From positions 24,689-88,688 of the forward strand of contig CAKTMC010000001.1 in the NCBI GenBank assembly GCA_934573735.1: a stretch of 64,000 nucleotides of DNA, read 5' to 3'. Positions 37,720-48,206 of the stretch are shown in pieces. Under the pieces are notes generated by a model. It was given only the letters and a program-made list of their open reading frames with translations, did not search any database and was not told the DNA's origin. The translations under genes were made by a program, and so were the position numbers. This stretch comes from an uncultured Oscillospiraceae bacterium (GTDB lineage Bacteria > Bacillota > Clostridia > Oscillospirales > Oscillospiraceae). Position 1 is the stretch's first letter; each line of letters starts with the position of its first letter.

Positions 37720-38649
37720 ATGTCAAGTCAGGAACGCCAAAATTCAATGTCCTCCGCCATTGCGGACAAGCTCATCGCCGCCCACGACGGCGACGTAGCG
37801 CTGCTGTATATTTATATGGTGCGGCACGGCGGCAGCCTTGACGAGGCGGCGCGGGAGCTGTGCCGCACGATGGGCGAGATAAGCGCTGCGGCGGAAAAGC
37901 TGGAGCGCATGGGGCTTATGCCGGGGCTTGAGACTCCGCCGGAGCCAAAGGCGGTGCAAAGGACGGAAAAGCTCCCGCCTGCCGAGGAGATACCCGAATA
38001 CAGGGCGGAGGATCTTGTCCGCCGCAGCAAGGAGGACGGGGAGTTTTCCGGCATCGTCGCCGAGGCGCAGCATGTGCTCGGGCATACGCTCAACAGCGTG
38101 GATCTAAAGGTTCTCTTCGGCATATACGACTATCTTGCCCTGCCGCCCGAGGTCATAATGATGCTCCTGAACTACTGCGCCGCGCGCTGTGCCGAGCAGT
38201 CCACCCCGGAGCGCACGCGCAGACTCTCCATGCGCAGCATCGAAAAAGAGGCCTACAACTGGGTCCACATGGAGATAATGACGCTTGAGCAGGCCGATGA
38301 GTACATACGCCGCCGCCGTGAGCAGCGCGAGGCGCTCGGCAAGGCCAAGGAGTCCGTCGGCATACGCGGGCGCGAGCTCAGCCCGACCGAGGCAAAGTAT
38401 CTTTCCGCATGGCTCGATATGGGCTTTCGTGAGGATGCCCTCGCCATCGGCTACGACCGCACGGTCACGAATACCGGCTCGCTCAAGTGGAGCTATATGA
38501 ATAAGATAATGCAGTCGTGGCACGAAAAGGGTCTGCATACGGCGGCAGAGATAGAGGCGGGCGATCCGCGCAGGAGGCCGCAGCAGCAGACCGCGCAGAG
38601 CAAGACCATAGACATGAAGGAGCTTCAGTCCGTGCTGGACAAGATATAA
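37720..38649 (+). CDS. DnaD-domain replication initiation/membrane attachment protein (DnaB/DnaD-like)
   Basis: Winged-helix N-terminus, C-terminal DDBH2-like block (LKVLFGIYDYLALPPEVIMMLLNYCA...YNWVHMEI), basic tail; upstream of a DnaI-like loader. Confidence 0.7.
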   Translation: MSSQERQNSMSSAIADKLIAAHDGDVALLYIYMVRHGGSLDEAARELCRTMGEISAAAEKLERMGLMPGLETPPEPKAVQRTEKLPPAEEIPEYRAEDLVRRSKEDGEFSGIVAEAQHVLGHTLNSVDLKVLFGIYDYLALPPEVIMMLLNYCAARCAEQSTPERTRRLSMRSIEKEAYNWVHMEIMTLEQADEYIRRRREQREALGKAKESVGIRGRELSPTEAKYLSAWLDMGFREDALAIGYDRTVTNTGSLKWSYMNKIMQSWHEKGLHTAAEIEAGDPRRRPQQQTAQSKTIDMKELQSVLDKI

Positions 38650-38701
38650 TATAATTAAAATATAATAATAAACGCAATTTTCTTATAAGGAGGTGCAGTA
38701 T

Positions 38702-39697
38702 ATGGCATATGACGGCAAACTGCTTGCCAGAGCGCGGCTTCGGCTACAGGAGATAAGGAGCGAAAATCAGTCTGAGCAGCAGCGCAGGCTCACGGCGGTC
38801 TATTCCCGCGTGCCGGAAATTCAGCGGCTTGACGGTGAAATGCGTGAGCAGATGGCGGAGCTTGTCCGGATCACCATCGCGCGCAAGCCTGACATGGCGG
38901 AGCGTATAGCCATGCTTGAGCGCAGCAATCTTGACTGTCAGGTGCGCCGTGCGGAGCTTTTGGTGGAAAACGGCTACGGCATGGATTATCTGGACGATAT
39001 CTATTCCTGCCGCGACTGCCGCGACACCGGAATATATAAGGGCGGCGTGTGCCACTGTCTGGAAAAGCTGTATAACCGTGAGCTTACAAAGGAGCTCGGC
39101 GTGCTTATGCAGAGCGGGGACGAGTGCTTTGAGCGCTTTGACCTGAATTTGTACAGTGACAGGCTCGACCCGCGCAGCGGAGTTGTCCCGCGGGAGGCGA
39201 TGCGCATTGTGCGCGACGCGGGCAGGAAGTTTGCGGATAATTTTCCGAACGTCTCATCAAATCTGCTGTTTCAGGGCGGTCCCGGACTGGGCAAGACCTT
39301 TCTTTCGGCCTGCATTGCCCGCGTCGTTGCGGAAAAGGGCTATTCTGTATGCTACGACTCGGCGGTATCGGCGCTTGAGGCCTTTGAGAAGCAGAAGTTC
39401 TCGCGCGACCCTGCCGAGGCTGACGAGGCGGCGGTGCGTGTGCGGCGTATGCTCGACTGCGACCTTATGATACTTGACGACCTCGGCACCGAGATGGTCA
39501 CGCCCATGTCGATAAGCGCCCTATATACGCTGTTGAACACCCGTCTTGTAAACCGCCGGAAAATCATAATCAGCACCAACTGCTCCGAGGAGGAGCTCAC
39601 AAAACGATACAGTCCGCAGATAGGCTCCCGCCTTGAGGGTGAATTTCTCTGGCTGCACTTTGCCGGGAGCGATATCAGGACGAGAAAGGGAGTCTGA
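38702..39697 (+). CDS. DnaI/DnaC-like helicase loader AAA+ ATPase
   Basis: N-terminal Zn-binding CRDCRDTGIYKGGVCHC, Walker A GGPGLGKTF, Walker B MILDDLG; AAGGAGG RBS 8 nt upstream. Confidence 0.8.
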   Translation: MAYDGKLLARARLRLQEIRSENQSEQQRRLTAVYSRVPEIQRLDGEMREQMAELVRITIARKPDMAERIAMLERSNLDCQVRRAELLVENGYGMDYLDDIYSCRDCRDTGIYKGGVCHCLEKLYNRELTKELGVLMQSGDECFERFDLNLYSDRLDPRSGVVPREAMRIVRDAGRKFADNFPNVSSNLLFQGGPGLGKTFLSACIARVVAEKGYSVCYDSAVSALEAFEKQKFSRDPAEADEAAVRVRRMLDCDLMILDDLGTEMVTPMSISALYTLLNTRLVNRRKIIISTNCSEEELTKRYSPQIGSRLEGEFLWLHFAGSDIRTRKGV

Positions 39698-39699
39698 GA

Positions 39700-40725
39700 A
39701 TGCAGCACGAGATAACAATAAAAATCCCCCTGCTCGACAGCGAGGGCAATCTCACGGAGCCCGGCTATGCAAAGAGGCTGCTGCCGGTATATCGCCGCGC
39801 CGACATCAAGGCGGGCAAAATGCGCATCAAGGAATGGGACTATTATCTTGTCAGCAACGGCCGCTTCGCGCTTGCGCTTACCGTTGACGACAACGGCTAC
39901 ATGGGGCTTGACTCCATTTCCCTGCTCGACCTTGAAAACCGCTGGGAGATAACCACAAGCCCGATGCACTTTATGCCTCTCGGCAAGCTCCGTATGCCGG
40001 AGAGCTCCGCCGTCGGCGACGTGCATCACGCGGGGCGCGGGCACAGCATCACCATCAAAAACGACGGCAGCGGCCGCCGCACGCTCATCGCGCAGATGAA
40101 GAAATTCGGCCCCGCCGGCTCGATTTATGCCCGTGTTGAGCTTTTGAACGAGCCGGAGGAAAGCATGGTAATCTGCACTCCCTTCGATAAGCCCGGTCAT
40201 TTCTACTTTAACCAGAAAATCAACTGTATGCGCGCCAAGGGCGAGGTCGTGTACGACGGCAAGACCTATGTTTTTGACCCTGAGGACAGCTTCGCGGTGC
40301 TCGACTGGGGGCGCGGCGTATGGACATATCACAACACATGGTACTGGGGCAGCGCCTCGTATCAGGTTGACGGCGTGCCCTTCGGCTGGAACATCGGCTA
40401 CGGCTTCGGCAACACCTCGGCGGCAAGCGAGAATATGCTGTTTTATGACGGCAAGGCGCACAAAATCGGTCAGGTCAGCTTCAATATCCCCGGCGGCGAA
40501 AAGGACTTCATGTCGCCATGGACCTTCAGCTCCGACGACGGCAGGTTTGAGATGGACTTCGTGCCCGTGCTCGACCGCGCGGCCTGCTCGGATATAAAGC
40601 TCATAAAATCCGATCAGCATCAGGTATTCGGCCGCTTCACCGGCAAGGCTGTGCTGGATGACGGCAGAGTCATCGAGGTCAGGGACTTCCCCGGCTTCGC
40701 CGAAAAGGTCGAGAACAAATGGTAA
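39700..40725 (+). CDS. DUF2804-family protein
   Basis: 341 aa with a Trp-rich beta-type sequence (WDYYLV, WTYHNTWYWGSASY, GWNIGYGFG). ATG lies 3 bp after the dnaI-like stop. Confidence 0.5.
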   Translation: MQHEITIKIPLLDSEGNLTEPGYAKRLLPVYRRADIKAGKMRIKEWDYYLVSNGRFALALTVDDNGYMGLDSISLLDLENRWEITTSPMHFMPLGKLRMPESSAVGDVHHAGRGHSITIKNDGSGRRTLIAQMKKFGPAGSIYARVELLNEPEESMVICTPFDKPGHFYFNQKINCMRAKGEVVYDGKTYVFDPEDSFAVLDWGRGVWTYHNTWYWGSASYQVDGVPFGWNIGYGFGNTSAASENMLFYDGKAHKIGQVSFNIPGGEKDFMSPWTFSSDDGRFEMDFVPVLDRAACSDIKLIKSDQHQVFGRFTGKAVLDDGRVIEVRDFPGFAEKVENKW

Positions 40726-40749
40726 ATCCGTATAATAAAGGAGGCCGCT

Positions 40750-41226
40750 ATGGTCGGAGCACAGGAAAAAATCGAATTGTTGGAGAAGATCGCGGGGCGC
40801 TTCAACGCCGCGCATATCAAATGGGCCTTGGGCGCATCTATGCTTCTCTACTTCAAGGGTATAGTCTCGGAATTTCACGACATTGATTTGATGGTTTCAA
40901 ATGAGGATGCAGCCTCTGTTCGGGCAATTTTGTCGGAAATGGGTCAGCTCCACCCGGCAAGCCCCACCCCGAACCCCATGTACAGGACAAAGACCTTTTT
41001 GCAGTTCAGCATTGACTCGATTGACGTTGACGTTATGGCCGGCTTTTCCATCGTACACGAGGGCAAGCTTTTTGACTGCTCCCTGCATGATGAGCAAATA
41101 GTTGAGCGGATGCCGCTCGGCGCGGAGCTTGTCCCTTTGCAGTCGCCGCTGCTGTGGTGTAAATACTATCGTCTGATGGGGCGAAGCGAAAAAGCGGATA
41201 TGGTTGAAAAAGCCTTATCAAGCTAA
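40750..41226 (+). CDS. Minimal nucleotidyltransferase (Pol-beta superfamily; Lnu(A)/small ANT-like)
   Basis: 158 aa; GASMLLYFKGIVSEFHDIDLMV is the GS...DxD NTase signature, with a second acidic block DSIDVDVM. Size and layout resemble lincosamide/aminoglycoside nucleotidyltransferases, but this cannot be confirmed here. Confidence 0.5.
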   Translation: MVGAQEKIELLEKIAGRFNAAHIKWALGASMLLYFKGIVSEFHDIDLMVSNEDAASVRAILSEMGQLHPASPTPNPMYRTKTFLQFSIDSIDVDVMAGFSIVHEGKLFDCSLHDEQIVERMPLGAELVPLQSPLLWCKYYRLMGRSEKADMVEKALSS

Positions 41227-41331
41227 GCCCGCTCTTCATCAATAATCTGAATAATGCTGAAAAAACTCCGCATGGCAAGCCATACGGAGTTTTTAATGCT
41301 ATATATGCTATATGTATTTCCCAGCAGGAAA

Positions 41332-43479
41332 TCAGATGATCATATCAACGAACTTCTCAATGCCCTGATTGTTGCCGTTGATGGCCATGCAGACATCCCA
41401 AGCGCGCCAGATAACGGTACGCAGGTTGCCGATTGCAACGCAGTCGCCGACACGGAAGATGGTCTCCTTGCCCTTGACCTTCTTGGAGGCAGTCTTGCCG
41501 CCGACCGGGGTGGGAACGAAGCCGATGCCGTTGACAACGCTGTCGCACTCGACGAAGAAGGTCTCGCCGGTCTGAACGTTCTTGACGGTGCAGCCCTTGT
41601 CGGTGATCTCGGTAACGGTGGAGTGCAGGTAAACGGGAACCTTGTGGTACTCCATGGCGTCACGCAGGAAGGAGGTATTGGCAAGACAGGTCGCCTGAGC
41701 CGCGATAAGGTCGCCGGCGTACTCGACGATGATCGGGTGCTTGCCGAAGTTCAGCAGCATGTCGTAAGCCGCCTCGCAGGAGGACTGGCCGCCGCCGATG
41801 AACAGAACCTTGTCGCCGACTTCCTTCTTGTCCTTGAGAACGTCGGTAAAGGTGAGGGTCTTCTCGAAGCCCTTGATCTGGGGCATCATTCTGGGGGTAG
41901 AACCGGTAGCGACGATGATATCGTCGAAGCCGCGGAGCGTGTTCAGGTCGTTGACCTCGGTGTTCATGTGAACCTCGATGCCGGCCTTCTCGATCTCGCG
42001 CTTGTACCAAGTGATGAGCTCCTTGTCGTTCTCTTTGAAGGTCATTGCGGAGGCAGTCAGGAACAGACCGCCCAGCTCATTGGTCTTCTCGAAGAGGACA
42101 GGGATGTTGCCCTGCTGCTTGAGGACGAGCGCACATTCCATACCGCCGATACCGCCGCCGATGATGGCGACTCTCTTGGCCTTCTTGGTGGGTGCGATGT
42201 AGTATCTCTTATGCTGCATGGTGGTGGGGTTCAGAGCGCAGCGGCCAAGATGCAGGGAGTCCATGGTGTTCTGGAGGTTCGAGGTGCCCTTGTACTTTGC
42301 GAAGTTGAAGCAGCCGTTGTGGCAGCGGATGCAGGGCTTGATCTCGTCCTGACGTCCTTCTTTTATCTTATGTACCCACTCGTGGTCGACGAGGTTCTGA
42401 CGGGCGATGGCAACTGCATCGAGACGGCCGGCGGCGATCTCCTCAGCGGCCTTGACAGGATCCATACGGCCTGCGCAGACGACGGGAGCGTTGGTGAAGT
42501 TCTTGATGTGCTCAACGTACTTCAGGTTGCAGTTGTCGGGCATATACTGAGGCGGATGTGCCCAGTACCATGCGTCGTAGGTGCCGTTGTCGCAGTTGAA
42601 CATTGCGTAGCCGGCCTCCTCGAGGTACTTGACAGCCTTCTCGGACTCTTCCATGTCGCGGCCGAACTCCTCGAAGTCCTCCTCGTAAGGCATAGCGCCC
42701 TTGCCCCAGCCCTTGGTCTTGGAGACAACGGAGTAACGCAGGGAGACGGGGAAGTCGTCACCGGCATACTCGTGGATGCACTTGACGATCTCGACGGGGA
42801 AGCGGAAGCGGTTCTCGAAGGATCCGCCGTACTCGTCGGTACGGAAGTTCCAGTTCTTCATGGTGAACTGGTCGAGCAGGTAACCTTCATGGACAGCGTG
42901 AATTTCGACGCCGTCAACGCCTGCATCGCGCAGCTTCTTCGCGGTCTTACCGAAGGCCTCGACCATTTCCTTGATCTCGGCACGGGTCATGGGACGGGAC
43001 TTGAGATCCTCGTTCCAGCGGTTGGGGGTAGCGGAGGCGGAGGCGCAGGAGTACTGAACGTCAACGATGGGGGAAGCGAGCTTGTTGAGGAAGTCGTGCT
43101 TGGCAAGGTAGCTCATCCAGCCGTTGATAGCCATGGAGCGGCCAAAGCCTGCTGCGAGCTGAATGAACAGCTTGGAGCCGGTCTTGTGGAACTCCTCCAT
43201 GTAGGGCTTGAGTTCTTTGAACATGCGGTCGTTCTGCCAGAGCCACTTGCGGCCGGGGATACCCATGGTATCACGAACGCACTGCATACCGGGGAGGATC
43301 AGGCCGACGCCGTCCTGCGCGCGGTTGAGGAGGAAGTATGCGGCCTCCTTATCGAAGTGGTTGGGCTCCAGCCAGCCGAAGAGAGAGGTACCGCCCATGG
43401 AACACTGAACTATGCGGTTGGGAATCTCCACATTGCCAATCTTCCACGGAGTAAATAGGGCATTATACTTTTCGTCCAT
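41332..43479 (-). CDS. Old-yellow-enzyme-family FMN oxidoreductase fused to FAD/NAD(P)-binding oxidoreductase (2-enoate/2,4-dienoyl-CoA reductase-like, 4Fe-4S)
   Basis: 715 aa; TIM-barrel OYE N-domain, Cys cluster CIRCHNGC, then GGGIGG dinucleotide-binding motif and a second Rossmann motif. Confidence 0.85.
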   Translation of the reverse strand: MDEKYNALFTPWKIGNVEIPNRIVQCSMGGTSLFGWLEPNHFDKEAAYFLLNRAQDGVGLILPGMQCVRDTMGIPGRKWLWQNDRMFKELKPYMEEFHKTGSKLFIQLAAGFGRSMAINGWMSYLAKHDFLNKLASPIVDVQYSCASASATPNRWNEDLKSRPMTRAEIKEMVEAFGKTAKKLRDAGVDGVEIHAVHEGYLLDQFTMKNWNFRTDEYGGSFENRFRFPVEIVKCIHEYAGDDFPVSLRYSVVSKTKGWGKGAMPYEEDFEEFGRDMEESEKAVKYLEEAGYAMFNCDNGTYDAWYWAHPPQYMPDNCNLKYVEHIKNFTNAPVVCAGRMDPVKAAEEIAAGRLDAVAIARQNLVDHEWVHKIKEGRQDEIKPCIRCHNGCFNFAKYKGTSNLQNTMDSLHLGRCALNPTTMQHKRYYIAPTKKAKRVAIIGGGIGGMECALVLKQQGNIPVLFEKTNELGGLFLTASAMTFKENDKELITWYKREIEKAGIEVHMNTEVNDLNTLRGFDDIIVATGSTPRMMPQIKGFEKTLTFTDVLKDKKEVGDKVLFIGGGQSSCEAAYDMLLNFGKHPIIVEYAGDLIAAQATCLANTSFLRDAMEYHKVPVYLHSTVTEITDKGCTVKNVQTGETFFVECDSVVNGIGFVPTPVGGKTASKKVKGKETIFRVGDCVAIGNLRTVIWRAWDVCMAINGNNQGIEKFVDMII

Positions 43480-43867
43480 TTGGTTCTTCCTTTCTATTCC
43501 TTCTTATTATGCGGCGATGCTTTCAGATTTTTCATCTGCCGTTTTTACTGATCCGGGTTCGTGCTTAATCAGCGATATATAAATAGTATAGCACAGGAAA
43601 TTAAAATTTGCAATTATACAAGTGTGTTGTATTGTATAACATTTTGTTGTTTTTGCCTATCAAATGCAGCGCGCTAATATGAAAATACCACACTATATAT
43701 GAATTTTCAAGCACGAGATGCATGCATTTTTTGAAGTATTCTCCCCTACTCCGTTCATATGCTCAAGTAAGCCGGGCTGCACCCGCCAAAGCGCGTCATG
43801 CGCCGCACAAGCGACAGGCAGCGTCTGCCGGAGCTTATCTCCATTGAGCAGTAAACTCCAATTTGCC

Positions 43868-44150
43868 GAGCTGATAAAGAGCGCGTTTCTATACACCTTT
43901 CGGTGTACTGCGCGAGCATCCCTTGCCTCTCCCTTTGGGAGAGGTGTCCGAGCGCGGCGAGGACGGAGAGGGTAAACAATAATATCGACAGGGATTTCCG
44001 TAAAAGGCTACAAGACCCTCTCAGTCACCTGCGGTGACAGCTCTCCCAAGGAGAGAGCCAAGAGGCTGCACCCTTTACATAGTATGTTGGCATGAGAAAT
44101 GGAGCGTATCTGTATCGATACGCTCCATTGACTGTTTTATGAACACCCAT
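43868..44150. repeat. Dispersed hairpin-rich repeat, copy B (about 283 bp, no cargo)
   Basis: Matches both modules of copy A with only a 22-bp spacer between them; same internal palindromes. Confidence 0.8.
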
Positions 44151-44180
44151 CTAAGCAAGCAGAGCTTTTGTTTGTATTTT

Positions 44181-47100
44181 TTACAGTTCAAAGAGGTTTA
44201 TCTGGCTGCTTTCAGGCATATCGCCGAGCGCGCCGATGGCTTTCAGCTGCTCAAGATGCGTCTGGCTGACCTTCGGGCAATCCTGACCCAGCTCCTCCAT
44301 GGAGATATATCTCTTGCCGCTGTTCTTTATGCGTCCGAGGTCGAGCGCCGCGGACTCACCGAGACCGGAAATTGCCACAAAGGGCGGGCGCAGTCTCTTT
44401 TCGTCGGCAATGAGGAACTTTGTGGAGTCCGACTCGTAGATATCTATCGGGGCAAACTCAAAGCCGCGCATATTGAACTCGTATACGGCCTCCAGCGTGA
44501 CCAGCAGTTCCTCCTGGTTTGCAGTGAGGTCGCTGCGGCGGCGCATATCGTTTATGCGGCGGCGAACATCGTCCGTGCCGCCCGTCATCATGGCAGCGTC
44601 AAAGCCGCCCTTCTGACTGCGCCGGTAGAAATACGCCGAATAAAAGGCCAGCGGCTTATGCACCTTAAACCACGCTATCCTGAACGCCATCATAACATAT
44701 GCGACCGCGTGCGCCTTCGGAAAAAGATAGGCTATCTTGCGGCATGACTCGATATACCAGTCCGGCACTCCCCTGTCGCGCATCTGCTGCTCCGCGTCTC
44801 CCGGGAATTCGCCGCTCTTTTTGACCTTGCCCTTACGCACGGCCTCCATGGTCTTAAAGGCCAGCGCCGGGGCAATGCCTACGGAGATGAGATAAATCAT
44901 GATATCGTCGCGGCAGCCGACCGTCTCGTTAACGGTCGCAATGCCGTTTACTATAAGGTCGCGGATGTTGCCCGCCCAAACGTCGGTGCCGTGGGAGAAG
45001 CCGGAGAGCCTTATCAGCGTGTCAAACTGCTTGGGCTGGGTATCGACAAGCATCTGCCTTGTAAAGGGCGTGCCGAACTCGGGGATGCCGATGGTGCCGG
45101 TCTTGCCGATTATCGGGTCGTCGTCGGGCAGTCCGAGAATGGCGGGGCTTGTGAATATCGACATGGTTTCGGGGTCTGAAAGCAGTATCTTCTGCGCATC
45201 TACCCGTTCGCCCATCTGCTCGGAGAGATCCTCCATCATGCGTATCATGGTCGGGTCATCGTGACCGAGCTCGTCAAGCTTGAGGAGGTTTGCCTCCATG
45301 CAGTGATATTCAAAATGGGTGGTGATTATATCGCTGTTCGGGTCGTCCGCCGGGTGCTGCACGGGGCAGAAATCCGTCACGTCCATATCCTGCGGCACAA
45401 CGACGAGCCCGCCGGGGTGCTGACCCGTGGTGCGCTTGATGCCGACGAGTCCGAGCGCAAGGCGGTTTTCCTCGGCCTTCGTCGTCTTTATCCCGCGCTC
45501 CTCAAGGTATTTCTTGACATAGCCGTAGGCGGTCTTTTCGGCAAGGGTACCGATGGTGCCGGCACGGAAAACATGGTCGGAGCCGAAAAGCGTCTCCGTA
45601 TATTTATGCGCCTTAGCCTGATACTCGCCGGAGAAGTTGAGGTCGATATCCGGGGTCTTTTCGTTGCCGGGGAAGCCCAGAAACGTCTCAAACGGGATAT
45701 CAAAGCCGTCCCTGTTCATGCGCGTTCCGCATTCGGGGCAGTCCTTCTCGGGCATATCCGCGCCGCAGCCGTAGCTGCCGTCGGTCACAAACTCGGAATG
45801 CTTGCACTTGGGGCAGACATAGTGCGGCGGCAGGGAGTTGACCTCCGTGATGCCGGACATGAAGGCGACCATGGACGAGCCGACCGAGCCTCGTGAGCCG
45901 ACCAGATAGCCGTTTTCAAGCGAATTTTGAACCAGCTTCTGCGCACTCATATAGATAACGTCGTAATGGTGGTCGAGTATGGTGTTGAGCTCAACATCGA
46001 CTCGGTCCTTGACTATTGCGGGCGGCTCCTCGCCATAGATGCGGTGCATCTTCGAGTAAACCAGCTCCTTGAGCTGCTCGGCGGAGCGCTCTATCTTCGG
46101 CGGGAAGAGATCCTTCGGCAAGAGCTCTATCTCCTCGACCTGGTCTGCAATGGCGCGGGTATTCGTAATGACGACCTCACGCGCCACGTCCTCGCCCAGA
46201 TACTCAAACTCCGCAAGCATCTCGTCGGTCGTGCGCAGATATATCGGGCAGCCGCGGTCGGCGTCGGAGAATTTCTTTGCCGCCTGCAAGATCTTGCGGT
46301 ACTGCTCGTCCTCGGGGTCGAGAAAATGCACGTCGCTTGCCGCGATAACGGGCTTATTGAGCTTGCGTCCGAGCTCAAGTATAGTTCGGTTATAGTCCTG
46401 CAAAACGGACACGTCCTTGACTACGCCGTTATCGACGAGAAAGCCGTTGTTGCATATGGGCTGTATCTCAAGATAGTCATAGAACGACGCGATCTTTTTC
46501 AGTTCCTTCTCGCTCGCGCCCTTCATCACCGCGCCGTACAGCTCGCCCATGCCGCAGGCGGAGCCGACGATGATGCCCTCGCGGTGCTGTATCAGCAGGC
46601 TCTTGGGTATGGTCGGGGAGCGGTGGAAGTATTTAAGATAGGACTGGGAAATCATCTCGTAGAGATTTTTAAGTCCCTTTTTGTTCTTTACCAGCAGCAC
46701 CATATGATAGGTCTTGGCGACGTCGGTGCGGCGCAGAGAGTGGTACACCGTCTCGATATCGTCAACCGTCCGCGCTCCCTGCTGGCGCAGCATGGGGATA
46801 AACTTATCCATCATGCGTGCAACGACCATCGCGTCGTCCGAGGCGCGGTGGTGATTGAACTGCGGGAGCTTGAGGTGGTTCGAGACGATATCCAGCTTAA
46901 AGCGCTTGAGCTCGGGCAGCAGAGCCTGAGACAGCGCCAGAGTGTCCAGAAACACCGGGGAGAATTTCAGCCCGCAGCGATTTGACGCGGCGGTCATGAA
47001 GCCGACGTCGAAATGCGCGTTATGCGCGATGAGCGGTCTGTCCCCGGCAAAGTCCAGAAACATCTCCATGGCCTCTTTTTCAAGCGGCGCATCGGCAACG

Positions 47101-48206
47101 TCGCTGTCGCGTATGCCGGTAAGCTGGGTTATATCGGGCGGGATATGCCGCTCGGGATTGACGAAGGTATTAAACTCCGCCTTTATCTCGCCGCCGGAGA
47201 ATATGACCGCGCCTATCTCGGTCATGCGGTCGTTTATCGCGTTAAGTCCGGTAGTCTCAATATCGAAGGCGACAAACTCCGTGTCCAGCGGCAGCTTGCT
47301 CTTGCCGATCACGGCGCTGTTGCCGTCCATATCGTTGACGAAGTAGGCTTCCATGCCGTAGATTATCTTGACTCCGTGCTTTTTGCCCGCCTTCCACATA
47401 TCCGGGAAAGCCTGCGCTACGCCGTGGTCTGTGACGGCGATGGCGGGCATACCCCAGTATGCCGCACGCTCCACGACCTTCGCGGGATCGGTCAGCGCGT
47501 CGAGCGCGGAGAAGCGGGTATGCATATGCAGCTCCACACGCTTTTCCTCGGCGTTGTCGGGGCGTATGTAGCGCTTGCCCTTGACGATGTTTCTCGGGTC
47601 TATGACCATATCATCGTCATATTTACTGTACATTACCTCGCCCTGAACGATGATGTGGTCGCCTATATTTATTTTATCGACAACGGATTTATCGTCATCG
47701 GAGCGGATAAAGCGCGATACCTTTATGGAGCTTGTCTTATCGGTTATGTCAAAGCCGAGCACCGCGCCGCCGCTCTTTTGCAGCAGGCGGCTCGATACGT
47801 CTACAACGTCGCCCTCGACCGTGACCTTGCCCGATTCGATGCTGAGCGTATTCATCGGCACGGGGCTTTGCTTTATCGCACGGCCGAAAAGCACCTCGCC
47901 CTTCGGCGGTCCGCCCGGTGCCGGCGCCTTACCGCTGGTCGCGGAGCTGGACGCAAGCTTCATTCGCGGGAAGTCCGGCACGATACCGACGCCGCTCAGC
48001 TCGTAGTCTGCCTTCAGGCGCTCACTGAGCACCTGAAGCTCCGCCGGGGAGGGCATGGACGCAAACCATGCGTTTACGGTCATCGTCCTCTCGGCGGCGT
48101 CTATCTGAACCTCGGTCACATACGCCTTATCAAGACCGCCGCAGTAGGACGCAAGCTCGCTGCATCCGCTGAATATCTCTAAAAACGGGGTATGTTCGCT
48201 CATCAC
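44181..48206 (-). CDS. polC: DNA polymerase III PolC-type (Gram-positive replicative polymerase with PHP and 3-5 exonuclease domains)
   Basis: 1341 aa. PHP motif HMHTRFSALD; DEDDh exonuclease blocks FVAFDIETTGL and H..FDVGF; polymerase core. ATGA overlap with the ispG stop. Confidence 0.95.
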   Translation of the reverse strand: MMSEHTPFLEIFSGCSELASYCGGLDKAYVTEVQIDAAERTMTVNAWFASMPSPAELQVLSERLKADYELSGVGIVPDFPRMKLASSSATSGKAPAPGGPPKGEVLFGRAIKQSPVPMNTLSIESGKVTVEGDVVDVSSRLLQKSGGAVLGFDITDKTSSIKVSRFIRSDDDKSVVDKINIGDHIIVQGEVMYSKYDDDMVIDPRNIVKGKRYIRPDNAEEKRVELHMHTRFSALDALTDPAKVVERAAYWGMPAIAVTDHGVAQAFPDMWKAGKKHGVKIIYGMEAYFVNDMDGNSAVIGKSKLPLDTEFVAFDIETTGLNAINDRMTEIGAVIFSGGEIKAEFNTFVNPERHIPPDITQLTGIRDSDVADAPLEKEAMEMFLDFAGDRPLIAHNAHFDVGFMTAASNRCGLKFSPVFLDTLALSQALLPELKRFKLDIVSNHLKLPQFNHHRASDDAMVVARMMDKFIPMLRQQGARTVDDIETVYHSLRRTDVAKTYHMVLLVKNKKGLKNLYEMISQSYLKYFHRSPTIPKSLLIQHREGIIVGSACGMGELYGAVMKGASEKELKKIASFYDYLEIQPICNNGFLVDNGVVKDVSVLQDYNRTILELGRKLNKPVIAASDVHFLDPEDEQYRKILQAAKKFSDADRGCPIYLRTTDEMLAEFEYLGEDVAREVVITNTRAIADQVEEIELLPKDLFPPKIERSAEQLKELVYSKMHRIYGEEPPAIVKDRVDVELNTILDHHYDVIYMSAQKLVQNSLENGYLVGSRGSVGSSMVAFMSGITEVNSLPPHYVCPKCKHSEFVTDGSYGCGADMPEKDCPECGTRMNRDGFDIPFETFLGFPGNEKTPDIDLNFSGEYQAKAHKYTETLFGSDHVFRAGTIGTLAEKTAYGYVKKYLEERGIKTTKAEENRLALGLVGIKRTTGQHPGGLVVVPQDMDVTDFCPVQHPADDPNSDIITTHFEYHCMEANLLKLDELGHDDPTMIRMMEDLSEQMGERVDAQKILLSDPETMSIFTSPAILGLPDDDPIIGKTGTIGIPEFGTPFTRQMLVDTQPKQFDTLIRLSGFSHGTDVWAGNIRDLIVNGIATVNETVGCRDDIMIYLISVGIAPALAFKTMEAVRKGKVKKSGEFPGDAEQQMRDRGVPDWYIESCRKIAYLFPKAHAVAYVMMAFRIAWFKVHKPLAFYSAYFYRRSQKGGFDAAMMTGGTDDVRRRINDMRRRSDLTANQEELLVTLEAVYEFNMRGFEFAPIDIYESDSTKFLIADEKRLRPPFVAISGLGESAALDLGRIKNSGKRYISMEELGQDCPKVSQTHLEQLKAIGALGDMPESSQINLFEL

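Noticed and set aside
41254-43458. 734-aa plus-strand ORF coextensive with the OYE reductase gene
   Set aside because: Antisense shadow ORF typical of high-GC coding DNA; low-complexity Ala/Gly/Val/Leu-rich translation with no motifs, whereas the minus-strand frame has clear OYE and FAD motifs.
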